DNA of 64,000 nt from an uncultured Mollicutes bacterium (lineage in GTDB: Bacteria > Bacillota_I > Bacilli_A > RFN20 > CAG-826), in the NCBI GenBank assembly GCA_900545015.1, contig UQXJ01000005.1:2668-66667 (forward strand), given 5' to 3'. Below are positions 1 to 8,749 of this stretch, piece by piece. The translations under genes were made by a program, and so were the position numbers. A model generated the notes under the pieces. The model searched no databases, was not told where the DNA came from, and saw only the letters and a program-made list of their open reading frames with translations. The stretch's first letter is position 1. The number at the start of each line of letters is the position of its first letter.

Positions 1-31
1 GCAATTAATATTGAAGCTTTCGAGGAAAAAG

Positions 32-1069
32 ATGAGAAATAGAGACGTCGTTATACCTATTTTATCAACTATTATTAGTATCCTTCTTATTTGTTCTGTT
101 GGTTCAACGCTTGCATGGTATCAATATACTAGTAATGTGTTTTCTAAATATGATGGAACAAGTATTGGTAGTTCTAAAATTTTTGATATAGGTTTAGTCA
201 GTGAAACGCGTCTTGAAGAGCCTTTAAAGCACGGATTTAAGGAAGATTCGATTAATTCTAATATCTATTGGGCAAGTAGTGGAATAAGCTCAGATATGAG
301 CGCCTATTATTCTAAAAGTAATGGTTATGCAGTTAACGAAGTTAATGGAGTAACAAGTGGAAAATACGAGACAGATGGTGAATCCTTTGTTAAAAGAGCA
401 CCATATCATAATGAAAATTATTTAGACTATTTTGGTAGACCAATAAAGGCTAATAAAAAAGATTATGTCCACTTCGACTTTGTATTTAGAATTAAAGAAG
501 TAACAAGTGATGATATTATTCAATTAAAATCAGGTAACATCTATCTTTCTAAAATTGAATTAGAAAGTACAGGTAACCTAAAACAAGCAATGAGAATCCA
601 CATGGATAATAAGCATAATAATTATATCTTTGCTCCGTTTAAAATTAATGATGGTATCGACACAGTAGGGGGGCTACTGGATTTAAACCGTGATGGGCTT
701 TATGATCATTCTCCTTATACAAGAAAAGAAATATTTTATGGTGAAAGTAATGGTGGCGTAGTATATAAAGACACCTTAACAACTGATGGATATGATTCAA
801 TTGAAGAAATAAGTGATGATTCATTTACTGGTGTACATAGAAATGGTGTATATGCAGTTGATGAAACAAAAACAGAAGCTGCTACATCTTCATATTTAGG
901 TTATGATTCAGTTTTAACTAATAAAAAAATCTTAACTACAATTGAAGAAGAAACAGGACTTGCTTATTTAAGTGTTGATATATATTTAGAAGGATGGGAT
1001 AGATCTTTTATTGATAGAGAGATGGGTTCTTATTTTTCACTTAATTTGGAGTTTGCTTTTAATGCTTAA
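32..1069 (+). CDS. Exported protein with SipW-cognate (TasA/CalY/BsaA-style) signal peptide, paralog 1
   Basis: ORF 11..1069, frame open to the window edge. GAGGA at 22-26 precedes ATG 32. N-terminus is MRNRD plus a hydrophobic helix ending GSTLAWYQY. C-terminal YLEGWD motif is shared with the next gene. sipW lies downstream in the same operon. Confidence 0.55.
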   Translation: MRNRDVVIPILSTIISILLICSVGSTLAWYQYTSNVFSKYDGTSIGSSKIFDIGLVSETRLEEPLKHGFKEDSINSNIYWASSGISSDMSAYYSKSNGYAVNEVNGVTSGKYETDGESFVKRAPYHNENYLDYFGRPIKANKKDYVHFDFVFRIKEVTSDDIIQLKSGNIYLSKIELESTGNLKQAMRIHMDNKHNNYIFAPFKINDGIDTVGGLLDLNRDGLYDHSPYTRKEIFYGESNGGVVYKDTLTTDGYDSIEEISDDSFTGVHRNGVYAVDETKTEAATSSYLGYDSVLTNKKILTTIEEETGLAYLSVDIYLEGWDRSFIDREMGSYFSLNLEFAFNA

Positions 1070-2132
1070 CATTAAGAAAACTTTTGTAATATCTTTAACT
1101 TCATTAATCGCACTTTTAGTGTCATCAATTGGCGTAACATTTGCGTGGTACGTGAGTGCAACCACTTTAAATATTGAAAATTTTAATATTTCTTTAGTAA
1201 GCGATCCAACTTTAAGTATTGGAATTAAAGATGAGAATGATGAAATTAAATATTATAAAAATGAAATTCCTAGTTCAGCTATAAAAAAGTATTACGTTGA
1301 AAAATTTAGACCTGTTAGTTCGATGTTTTGTGACTCATGGATAAATGAACATAAATCTTTTCCTACATTTAAGGATAGATACATTAATCCAAGTATTTTA
1401 AATGAAGAGACTTATAAAGAAAATAAGAACGCAACAGATGGATTCTTTCAAATTGAATTATATTTAAAAAGCGAAAGCGATATATATGTTGGTTTAAGTA
1501 AAGATACACACATTAAAGGAAATGAAAAAGCTAACCGTAAGAAAGCAAAAGAACTTATCGAACGATATAGAATATTAGATGAAGAAACAATTTATAATTC
1601 TTTAAATAATATTGATCATTCTTTAAGAATATCTCTTCTTGATAGTGATTTAGATTCATATTCTTATACAATTATTGATCCATATAAAGATAAAGATACG
1701 TATTATTCTGGTGCGCTCGATATTGATGGCAAAGGATATTATGATTCATACGCGTCTAGCGATGGAAAAAGAAAAGAATATTATTTTGGTGAATACGAAA
1801 ACGAAGATAAAATGGTATATAAATTAAATGAAGAAGATACTTCATTAAATGGATATCTATCATCATTCAATTCTCGTCACGCTAAAAATACATATATTCT
1901 TGATGAAGAAGAATCAACTAAAAATGGATTTATAAGAAAAAAAGAAAATAGTATTAGCTTAAATGAAGCTACAAAAAATGATGAATTCATTGCGTTAGTT
2001 CACGATACACCAAAACGCATTGTATTATCGCTATATATCGAAGGATGGGATTTAGATAACACAAATTACTCAGAATATGGCAGTTTTACAAGCTTATTCA
2101 AGTTTGATGTGAGAAAGGAAAATATTTTATGA
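1062..2132 (+). CDS. Exported protein with SipW-cognate signal peptide, paralog 2
   Basis: ATG 1062 overlaps the end of gene 1 (ATGCTTAA). N-terminus is MLNIKK plus a helix ending GVTFAWYVS. C-terminal YIEGWD motif. The 1011 start in the ORF track is only an overlap extension. Confidence 0.55.
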   Translation: MLNIKKTFVISLTSLIALLVSSIGVTFAWYVSATTLNIENFNISLVSDPTLSIGIKDENDEIKYYKNEIPSSAIKKYYVEKFRPVSSMFCDSWINEHKSFPTFKDRYINPSILNEETYKENKNATDGFFQIELYLKSESDIYVGLSKDTHIKGNEKANRKKAKELIERYRILDEETIYNSLNNIDHSLRISLLDSDLDSYSYTIIDPYKDKDTYYSGALDIDGKGYYDSYASSDGKRKEYYFGEYENEDKMVYKLNEEDTSLNGYLSSFNSRHAKNTYILDEEESTKNGFIRKKENSISLNEATKNDEFIALVHDTPKRIVLSLYIEGWDLDNTNYSEYGSFTSLFKFDVRKENIL

Positions 2133-3652
2133 GTGAATATTTTGAATATTTAGGTGAATTTCTTAAAAGATTTTTTCAAGATTTAGGAATCTTCTTTAAA
2201 GATGTTTTTGTTTCTCCATGGTATAAAGTCCCAGGAAATGGCGAATATTATGCTGAATTATTTAATAGATATTCTCCTTCATTTGGTGTAGGTGGTTGGA
2301 TATTTTTTGTTGTCTTTATTTTACTTTTTGGTGCTTTCATTGCTGGTTTACTTTTCTTAATTTATTTAGGATTAAGAAAATATATTCGTTTTGTTAAAAA
2401 AGAAATTGATAAAGAAAAACTTCAAGAAACAATTGAACGCTTAAATTACGAATTATTTAATACTATAAAAGAAAAAGATAAAATCTTAGCTTTAAAAGTT
2501 GGTGAACTTGGTTTTACTCCAACTGAAAAAGAAAAAGAAGAAGCTAAAGAAGTTATTGAAGAAGTTAGTTCGCGTTTTCCTAAACTTACTTATGTCGATC
2601 ATGAATACAAAGACTATAATCCTGAAATTAAAGACGTTCCAGGATTAACACTTGAAGAACTTTGTACAGCCTTTAGAAATTTTGCTGCAAGTCAACTTCA
2701 CTTATATTACACAATTGATACTATTAGACAAATGTTTGCAGGTATAGCAACAAGTAAACTTATTATTCTTGAAGGTATTTCTGGTACAGGTAAAACATCT
2801 ATGCCTTATGCATTAGGTAAATTTTTTAATTTAGATGCTAACATCTGCTCAGTCCAACCATCTTGGAAAGATAGAAGTGAATTAATTGGTTACTATAACG
2901 AATTCACAAAGAAATTTAATGAAACTGAATTCTTAAAAGCTCTATACACATCAATGTATAGAAAAGATACAAATATCATCGTCCTTGATGAAATGAACCT
3001 TGCTCGTATTGAGTATTATTTCGCTGAATTCTTATCCGTCATGGAAATGCCAAATGTAAATGAATGGAAAATCGAATTAATTAATTCTTATAGTAAAGAT
3101 GATCCAAAGAAAGTTGTTGAAGGAAAGATTTTAATTCCTCAAAATGTTGTTTTCTTTGGCACAGCTAATAACGATGACTCAACATTTACAATTAGTGATA
3201 AGGTTTATGACCGTGCTATCTCATTATTCTTTGATAATAAAGGCGTTCCATTTGATGCTGATTACCAAGAATCAATGACAATAAGTTATGAACAAATTCA
3301 TACTTTATTTGTTGAAGCTACTGAATCTTATCCAGTAAGTGATGCTTTACTTGAAAAATTTGCAAAACTTGATGACTTTGTTATTTCAAAATTCAAACTT
3401 GCTTTTGGTAACCGTATCTTAAAGCAACTTAGAACATTTATTCCAGTTTATGTTGGATGTGGTGGAACTGATTTAGATGGTTTAGATTTTATTTTCACAA
3501 ATAAGATTTTAAAGAAATTTGAATCATTAAATATCGCATTCCTTCGTGATGAACTTAAACAACTTAATACAGAACTTGATAAGCTATTTGGAAAAGGAAG
3601 CTTTAAAATGGCTCATAAATACATCGATGGCTTAATTAAGATGTCGCAATAG
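2129..3652 (+). CDS. Membrane-anchored McrB-family AAA+ NTPase (one TM helix, coiled coil, AAA_5-like core)
   Basis: ATGA start/stop overlap with the upstream gene. TM segment WIFFVVFILLFGAFIAGLLFLIYLGL. Walker A GISGTGKT. VLDEMNLARIEYYFAEFLSVME (McrB INRAN-type region). FFGTANNDDS (McrB NTAD-like). Confidence 0.65.
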   Translation: MSEYFEYLGEFLKRFFQDLGIFFKDVFVSPWYKVPGNGEYYAELFNRYSPSFGVGGWIFFVVFILLFGAFIAGLLFLIYLGLRKYIRFVKKEIDKEKLQETIERLNYELFNTIKEKDKILALKVGELGFTPTEKEKEEAKEVIEEVSSRFPKLTYVDHEYKDYNPEIKDVPGLTLEELCTAFRNFAASQLHLYYTIDTIRQMFAGIATSKLIILEGISGTGKTSMPYALGKFFNLDANICSVQPSWKDRSELIGYYNEFTKKFNETEFLKALYTSMYRKDTNIIVLDEMNLARIEYYFAEFLSVMEMPNVNEWKIELINSYSKDDPKKVVEGKILIPQNVVFFGTANNDDSTFTISDKVYDRAISLFFDNKGVPFDADYQESMTISYEQIHTLFVEATESYPVSDALLEKFAKLDDFVISKFKLAFGNRILKQLRTFIPVYVGCGGTDLDGLDFIFTNKILKKFESLNIAFLRDELKQLNTELDKLFGKGSFKMAHKYIDGLIKMSQ

Positions 3653-3654
3653 TT

Positions 3655-4197
3655 ATGAAGAAAAAATCGACTTCAAATCCACAAAAAGATTATAAAATCA
3701 TTAACGGACTAGAGAACCAACATATTATATCTAGTTTTGAAAAAGTTAATGAAAAGGTACAAAGTAGCCTTAATTCATTTGCTGAATCGGATAAAGATAC
3801 ATCTAGTGTTTTAAAATGCTTAAAAAGAGGATCAAATTCCTTTTTACGTGTTGATAGAACTGAAAATACAAACTTAGATACAAAGTGGATTAAGATGATT
3901 GAAGACGCAATTCCTTCAATTGATGAAATTATTAAAAACCCTAGAATTAATACAAAAACGGTAACTAATCTTGTTCCTGTTGAACTTGCTAAAAAAACAG
4001 GTAGTGAATCAATTCAACATCTTTCAACACACTCTCAATTTGTTAAAGAAATTGATAAAAATGGAAATGTCATTCCTAGTAAAATTTTAAATATTGAAAA
4101 CGAAGACAATTACATTACTTACGAAAATAAATTTATTGCTACTTTGATTCGTAGATTATTACTTTTCGTTGAAAAACGTTATGAATATATTACATAA
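3655..4197 (+). CDS. Hypothetical protein in the McrC-partner position (N-terminal part; same frame as the next ORF)
   Basis: Starts 2 nt after the AAA+ gene stop. ITYENKFIATLIRRL is reminiscent of the xENRF motif I recall from McrC/DUF2357-type partners (weak). Ends at a single TAA at 4195-4197 that is in frame with ORF 4225..5640. Confidence 0.35.
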   Translation: MKKKSTSNPQKDYKIINGLENQHIISSFEKVNEKVQSSLNSFAESDKDTSSVLKCLKRGSNSFLRVDRTENTNLDTKWIKMIEDAIPSIDEIIKNPRINTKTVTNLVPVELAKKTGSESIQHLSTHSQFVKEIDKNGNVIPSKILNIENEDNYITYENKFIATLIRRLLLFVEKRYEYIT

Positions 4198-4224
4198 TAT
4201 TCACCTTTAAAGGACTATCAAATA

Positions 4225-5640
4225 ATGCTTATTAAAAATAGATGCGTTATTAATGGTGTTGAATATCAAATTGAATCAAAAGTTGTCGCTAGTAAAGTTA
4301 GTGAAAACACAACAGGTGGCAAAATGAGTAGTGCAGAATTTTTAAAGAAAGTTAATCTTATTCGTAAATACTGCAAATATTTCTATTCATCTCCTTTTAT
4401 GAGAATGTTTAAAAATGAAAAGAATGTAAGAAGTCCAATTATTCAAACTAACATTATTAGAAAAAATCCTAAATACAGAAAATGTTACGAACTTTATCGT
4501 TTTATTGAACGCTACAATAAATTAGGTGTCAATTTCGTTATTAAAGAAGACTTTAAAAAAGTCGATGAGAGCGATTATAACGATATTTATAACTTAGAGC
4601 TAATGAACGTCTTAGCTTTAAAAGGAACGGATGCAAAATATCCAATTAAGTCAAAATCTAAAATTAAAAAACCAAAAATCGAAAATACAATTGACGATGA
4701 TGTTTTCACTTTCTTCCCACTTGGTGAAGATCCTGAATTTATTAGAATTGATGATGCATATTTGAATTATAGAAAGAACAACACTGAAGGTTTAAAACGT
4801 AAGCCTCAAAAACCAGAAAGACAATTTGCAATTGGAAATTATCTTAAAAAAGGTCGTGTTGATCGTGATGAAGAACGTAGAAAAGAGCTTTTAAAACGTA
4901 AAAAAGAAGAAGAAAAGAATTTCTTAAAAGAACAAAAAGAACTCGCAATTCTCAAAGAAAAAGAAAGAATTAAAGCTGAAACTGAAGCTCAAATGGCAGA
5001 AGAAAAAGCAAAACTTGCTGAACTTAATAAAGCTAGAGCAATTCTTAAAGAAAAAGCTTCAGAACATCTTGAAGAGAATGAAAAAATCTTTGTTCAATAT
5101 GAGCAAGATAAACTTAGCGAATCTACATTTGAAGCAATTAAAGAAACTGCAAATATTTCTACTCCTTTAGAAAATGAAAACATTATTTTAGATGCTTTAA
5201 AGGATGAAAACGAAAATCAAAATGTTGATGAAGAAATTGTAGATTCTTCAGAAATTAAAGAAGAAGAAAATGCTTTGGATGATGTTAATTTATCTAAAGA
5301 AGAAAGCAGCGGTGATGCACTTTTACTTGATGATGAATTTTTAAACGAAATTCAAAAAGACATCAATGAAGAAGAAAAACTTTATCAAATTGAAATTGAA
5401 GATGTTGATAAAAATTCATTATTTAAAAGTGGTGAATATTTTGAAAATAAACTATTAGGAAATGACGAGGCACCACTTAATGAAAATAATAATGAAGAAA
5501 GCAAAGAAGAATCTTCTAATTCTATAAATGAAGAAGAAAATACAACAGAAAATACAACAAATACCGAAGAAGAAATCGTTCAAGATAACGAAGTAGAAAT
5601 TAAAGATGAAAACGATGAAAAGAAGACTAAATATCTTTAA
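4225..5640 (+). CDS. Coiled-coil protein with a long acidic E/N/D-rich tail (possible C-terminal part of the McrC-like partner)
   Basis: Same frame as 3655..4197. AAAGGA sits about 10 nt upstream of ATG 4225. E/K heptad-like stretch RKELLKRKKEEEKNFLKEQKELAILKEKERIKAETEAQMAEEKAKLAELNKARAILKEK. No PD-(D/E)xK motif seen. Confidence 0.4.
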   Translation: MLIKNRCVINGVEYQIESKVVASKVSENTTGGKMSSAEFLKKVNLIRKYCKYFYSSPFMRMFKNEKNVRSPIIQTNIIRKNPKYRKCYELYRFIERYNKLGVNFVIKEDFKKVDESDYNDIYNLELMNVLALKGTDAKYPIKSKSKIKKPKIENTIDDDVFTFFPLGEDPEFIRIDDAYLNYRKNNTEGLKRKPQKPERQFAIGNYLKKGRVDRDEERRKELLKRKKEEEKNFLKEQKELAILKEKERIKAETEAQMAEEKAKLAELNKARAILKEKASEHLEENEKIFVQYEQDKLSESTFEAIKETANISTPLENENIILDALKDENENQNVDEEIVDSSEIKEEENALDDVNLSKEESSGDALLLDDEFLNEIQKDINEEEKLYQIEIEDVDKNSLFKSGEYFENKLLGNDEAPLNENNNEESKEESSNSINEEENTTENTTNTEEEIVQDNEVEIKDENDEKKTKYL

Positions 5641-5652
5641 TAAAAGGTGAAA

Positions 5653-6417
5653 ATGGGTAAAGTTAAAAAACAAAATATAGAAGAAATTAAAGTTAAAAAA
5701 CCATTGTGGAAAAGAATTACAAATGGAATTTTAACAGGACTTGTTGTTCTTATAATTGGAGCTATTGCTACTTTTGGAATAGCTTCTTTAACTAGCGATA
5801 AAAAAGCAAATTATGGTGTAAATGTTATATTTAATCATGCAATGCTAGTTGTTTTAACTGATTCAATGGATCCTGATTATCCAGTAGGTTCAGCAATATT
5901 TATTGAAAAAACTGATCCAAAAGATATAAAAATTGGTGATGATTTATCTTTTTATTATGATTCAATTGGAATGGTTATAACACATAGAGTAAGCGAAATA
6001 AAAACACCTTCTGAATCAAATTCACATTATACTTTTACGTTACATGGAATTAACACACATTCAACTCAATGTGGAAGTGAAGATAATCCAGAGGATTGCA
6101 CTTATCAAACACAAACTGTAACTGAAGATAAAGTAATTGGAAAAGTTATTGGAAGTAGTATTACACTTGGTAAAATTTATAACTTTATGGTAACACCAGC
6201 TGGACTTTTAATATTACTTTTGATTCCTGGTTCATATTTAATTTTTGTATCGCTTAAAACTATTGTTAAAACATTAAAAGAAGATGAAAATAAAGATGTG
6301 AAAGTCGTTTCAAGTTCTTCGACGACACTTGATTCATTAAGTGAAGAAGATAAAGAAAGATTAAAACAAGATTTATTAAATGAATTATTAGAAGAGAAAG
6401 GCAAAAAAGATGAGTAG
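5653..6417 (+). CDS. sipW: Signal peptidase I, ER/archaeal S26B type (SipW)
   Basis: N-terminal TM helix. Ser box LTDSMDPDYP. His box GMVITHRVSEI. C-terminal TM helix plus acidic tail. An alternative GTG start lies at 5647. Confidence 0.75.
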   Translation: MGKVKKQNIEEIKVKKPLWKRITNGILTGLVVLIIGAIATFGIASLTSDKKANYGVNVIFNHAMLVVLTDSMDPDYPVGSAIFIEKTDPKDIKIGDDLSFYYDSIGMVITHRVSEIKTPSESNSHYTFTLHGINTHSTQCGSEDNPEDCTYQTQTVTEDKVIGKVIGSSITLGKIYNFMVTPAGLLILLLIPGSYLIFVSLKTIVKTLKEDENKDVKVVSSSSTTLDSLSEEDKERLKQDLLNELLEEKGKKDE

Positions 6418-7933
6418 AAGGTTATATAACGTTATTCTTACTTCAATAAATGCACTTTTTTATGTGTTATTTAATCTTTTATATATCTTTTTAGTCTTTG
6501 TACCAAGTGGATTTATAACATATTCAGTTGTGATGTTCTATCTTTTTAGTGATTTATTTTTAATTGCTTTATCAATTAATGTTGCTTTTTTACTTAAAGC
6601 TTTTAGAGAACATAAACGATATTTAGAAGCTAATGAATATACATTTGGTGAACGTATTTCATTTTTAAATTACAACATGTTCGTTAGAAAAACTGATGAA
6701 TTAATTGGAACAAAAAAAGATCAATATATTATCTCTTTTTCACCTATTAAAATTTCAATAAATTATGAAATTTATCAAGGAAAAGAAATTCGACTACTTA
6801 ATAAATCAATTGCTTTATATTTAAATGAAACTTTTGGCACAAAAGAATATGAAAAGAAGAAAGTAAGAATGTGTTACGATAATTATTGTTTCATTATTTA
6901 TATTAGAGCTAACAAAGAAGAAGTTTTAAATATTGTTGAAATGATTGAACAAAGTGTCTATGAAATTGCTAAAACTGAAGACATTAGACTTTTTGTTCAA
7001 ACATTTTTTGGTATGGTTAAAGTTCAAGGAAATATTCAATTATTTGAACTTATAAATAGAGCAAACATTGCTCGTCGAATTGCTGAATATAACTATGAAA
7101 AAGTTGTTGAATATGAAGATAAAATGTCTAACGCTGAAGGCGAAAATAGTGGCTTAACTAAAGAAATTGTTGATGGCTTAAAAAACAATGAATTCGTTGT
7201 TTATTATCAACCTAAATATAATTTAGGAAGTAAACAATTTATTGGTGCTGAAGCTCTTGTTAGATGGAATCATCCAACTTTAGGAATTGTTTCACCTGTT
7301 AAATTTATCAATTTTGCAGAAAATAGAGGTTTAATCCATGAAATTGACCTTTATGTTTTAGAACAAGTTTGTAAAAATTTAGCTGACGAAAAGAAAAGAG
7401 GAAGAAAATTACTTTCAGTTTCAGTTAATTTCTCAGTTTATGAATTTTATTGCCCAACATTTATTAGTGATATTAAATCAACAATTGAACGTTATGGAGT
7501 TAATCCTCTTTTAATTGAAGTTGAAATTACAGAAGAAACAACACATGCGAATTCATTCTTAGTTATTTCAATTTTAAAGAATTTAAAGGATTATGGATTA
7601 AAAATCCTTCTTGATGATTTTGGTGTTGGTTTTTCAAACATTAAATCAATTAAAAATCTTCCAATCGATGTTATTAAAATTGATAAATCATTTATTGATG
7701 AAATTGTTTATGATTATAAATCAAGAGAAATTGTTAAAACTATTATTAATTTAGCAAAAGCTATGTCATATCACGTTATTGCTGAAGGTGTTGATAATGA
7801 AGAGCAAGTTGATGTTTTAAAGAAACTTAGGTGCGATACGATTCAAGGTTTCTATTATTCAAAACCAATGCCTTTAAAAGAATATGAAAAATTCTTAAAG
7901 AGCAATCCATTTGAAAAGAAAGGAAGTAATTAA
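6410..7933 (+). CDS. Membrane c-di-GMP phosphodiesterase (TM - degenerate GGDEF-like linker - intact EAL)
   Basis: ATG 6410 overlaps the sipW stop. EAL motifs present: GAEALVRW, SVNFS, EITEE, LDDFGVGFSN, KIDKSF, AEGVD, QGFYYSKP. Confidence 0.8.
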   Translation: MSRRLYNVILTSINALFYVLFNLLYIFLVFVPSGFITYSVVMFYLFSDLFLIALSINVAFLLKAFREHKRYLEANEYTFGERISFLNYNMFVRKTDELIGTKKDQYIISFSPIKISINYEIYQGKEIRLLNKSIALYLNETFGTKEYEKKKVRMCYDNYCFIIYIRANKEEVLNIVEMIEQSVYEIAKTEDIRLFVQTFFGMVKVQGNIQLFELINRANIARRIAEYNYEKVVEYEDKMSNAEGENSGLTKEIVDGLKNNEFVVYYQPKYNLGSKQFIGAEALVRWNHPTLGIVSPVKFINFAENRGLIHEIDLYVLEQVCKNLADEKKRGRKLLSVSVNFSVYEFYCPTFISDIKSTIERYGVNPLLIEVEITEETTHANSFLVISILKNLKDYGLKILLDDFGVGFSNIKSIKNLPIDVIKIDKSFIDEIVYDYKSREIVKTIINLAKAMSYHVIAEGVDNEEQVDVLKKLRCDTIQGFYYSKPMPLKEYEKFLKSNPFEKKGSN

Positions 7934-7935
7934 TT

Positions 7936-8688
7936 ATGATTTTAATTTTAGGTTCAACTCATGATGATGTTTTATATTATGAAACTCAATTAAAAAATAA
8001 AGAAGATAGAAATCTAGGTAAAAATGTTAAACTCATTTTTGGTGAAATTTATAATCAAAAAGTCCTTTTAGCTTATAATGTTAAAGGAAATTATATGAGT
8101 AGTGCAGTAACTTCATATTTAATTGCTAAGCACGATATTATTATGGTTTTTGTTGTTGGAACTTGCTTTGCTTATAGCGATGGAATTAGAAAAGGTGACA
8201 TTGCAATGTGCGATACGCTTTTACTAAGTGACGTTGATTTATCTTTAACTAATAAAGTTAGAATTGGTGAAATTCCTGGCTTTAATAAAGTTTATGCTTC
8301 AAATAGACATTTCTTTGAAAAATCAAATGAATTTGCTAAAAACTTTGTTATTAGCAATATAATTCCAGCAACTTTTGTGTCTTCAAATAGCGAATATCGC
8401 TCTATCGATGAAATTGCTGAAAAAAACGATAGAAGAACCGTTTTAGGTGCTAGTAAAAATTTAGTTTATGATTCTTCAACTGGTGGAAGTGCATTTAGTT
8501 GTGCATTATTTGATATTCCATTTTTATCTTTTAAAGTTGTTTTAGGAAAAATAAAAAATAAAGTAACGACAGAAGAAAAGATTGTTGCTTTAAAAGAATA
8601 CGCTGATATAGGAAAAGTTATTACAGCTGTAATTGGTGAAATTGGTCGTAACGATACAATCAGTGTTAATACATTAATTGATGACTAA
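7936..8688 (+). CDS. PNP_UDP_1 / MTA-SAH nucleosidase-like protein, apparently degenerate
   Basis: Starts 2 nt after the EAL gene stop. Overall MtnN-like layout (MILILGSTHDDV..., VFVVGTCFAY, GGSAFSCALFDIPFLSFKVV), but the canonical GIGK and GSAGG boxes are not conserved. Confidence 0.45.
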   Translation: MILILGSTHDDVLYYETQLKNKEDRNLGKNVKLIFGEIYNQKVLLAYNVKGNYMSSAVTSYLIAKHDIIMVFVVGTCFAYSDGIRKGDIAMCDTLLLSDVDLSLTNKVRIGEIPGFNKVYASNRHFFEKSNEFAKNFVISNIIPATFVSSNSEYRSIDEIAEKNDRRTVLGASKNLVYDSSTGGSAFSCALFDIPFLSFKVVLGKIKNKVTTEEKIVALKEYADIGKVITAVIGEIGRNDTISVNTLIDD

Positions 8689-8749
8689 TTTCCAATAAAA
8701 ATAATCGATTCTATTTTATTTCCAATTATTTTTAGAGTAGTATTAAACC

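Noticed and set aside
4860-5640. Apparent repetitiveness (gaa/aaa-rich) that might suggest tandem repeats or an array
   Set aside because: This is codon-level low complexity encoding E/K/N-rich protein. No exact DNA repeat unit or spacer structure was found, so it is not a CRISPR or VNTR.
5455-5673. Short minus-strand and alternative-frame ORFs nested inside long genes. Examples: 5455-5673, 6177-6404, 9147-9329, 12009-12308, 16622-16900, 20985-21299, 23399-23767, 24580-25023, 26542-26781, 47359-47586, 48505-48822, 49627-50013, 53975-54304, 55415-55732.
   Set aside because: All lie antisense or out of frame within well-supported genes. Their low-complexity F/L/S/I-rich translations are typical of AT-rich antisense frames, and none has an RBS or a recognisable motif.
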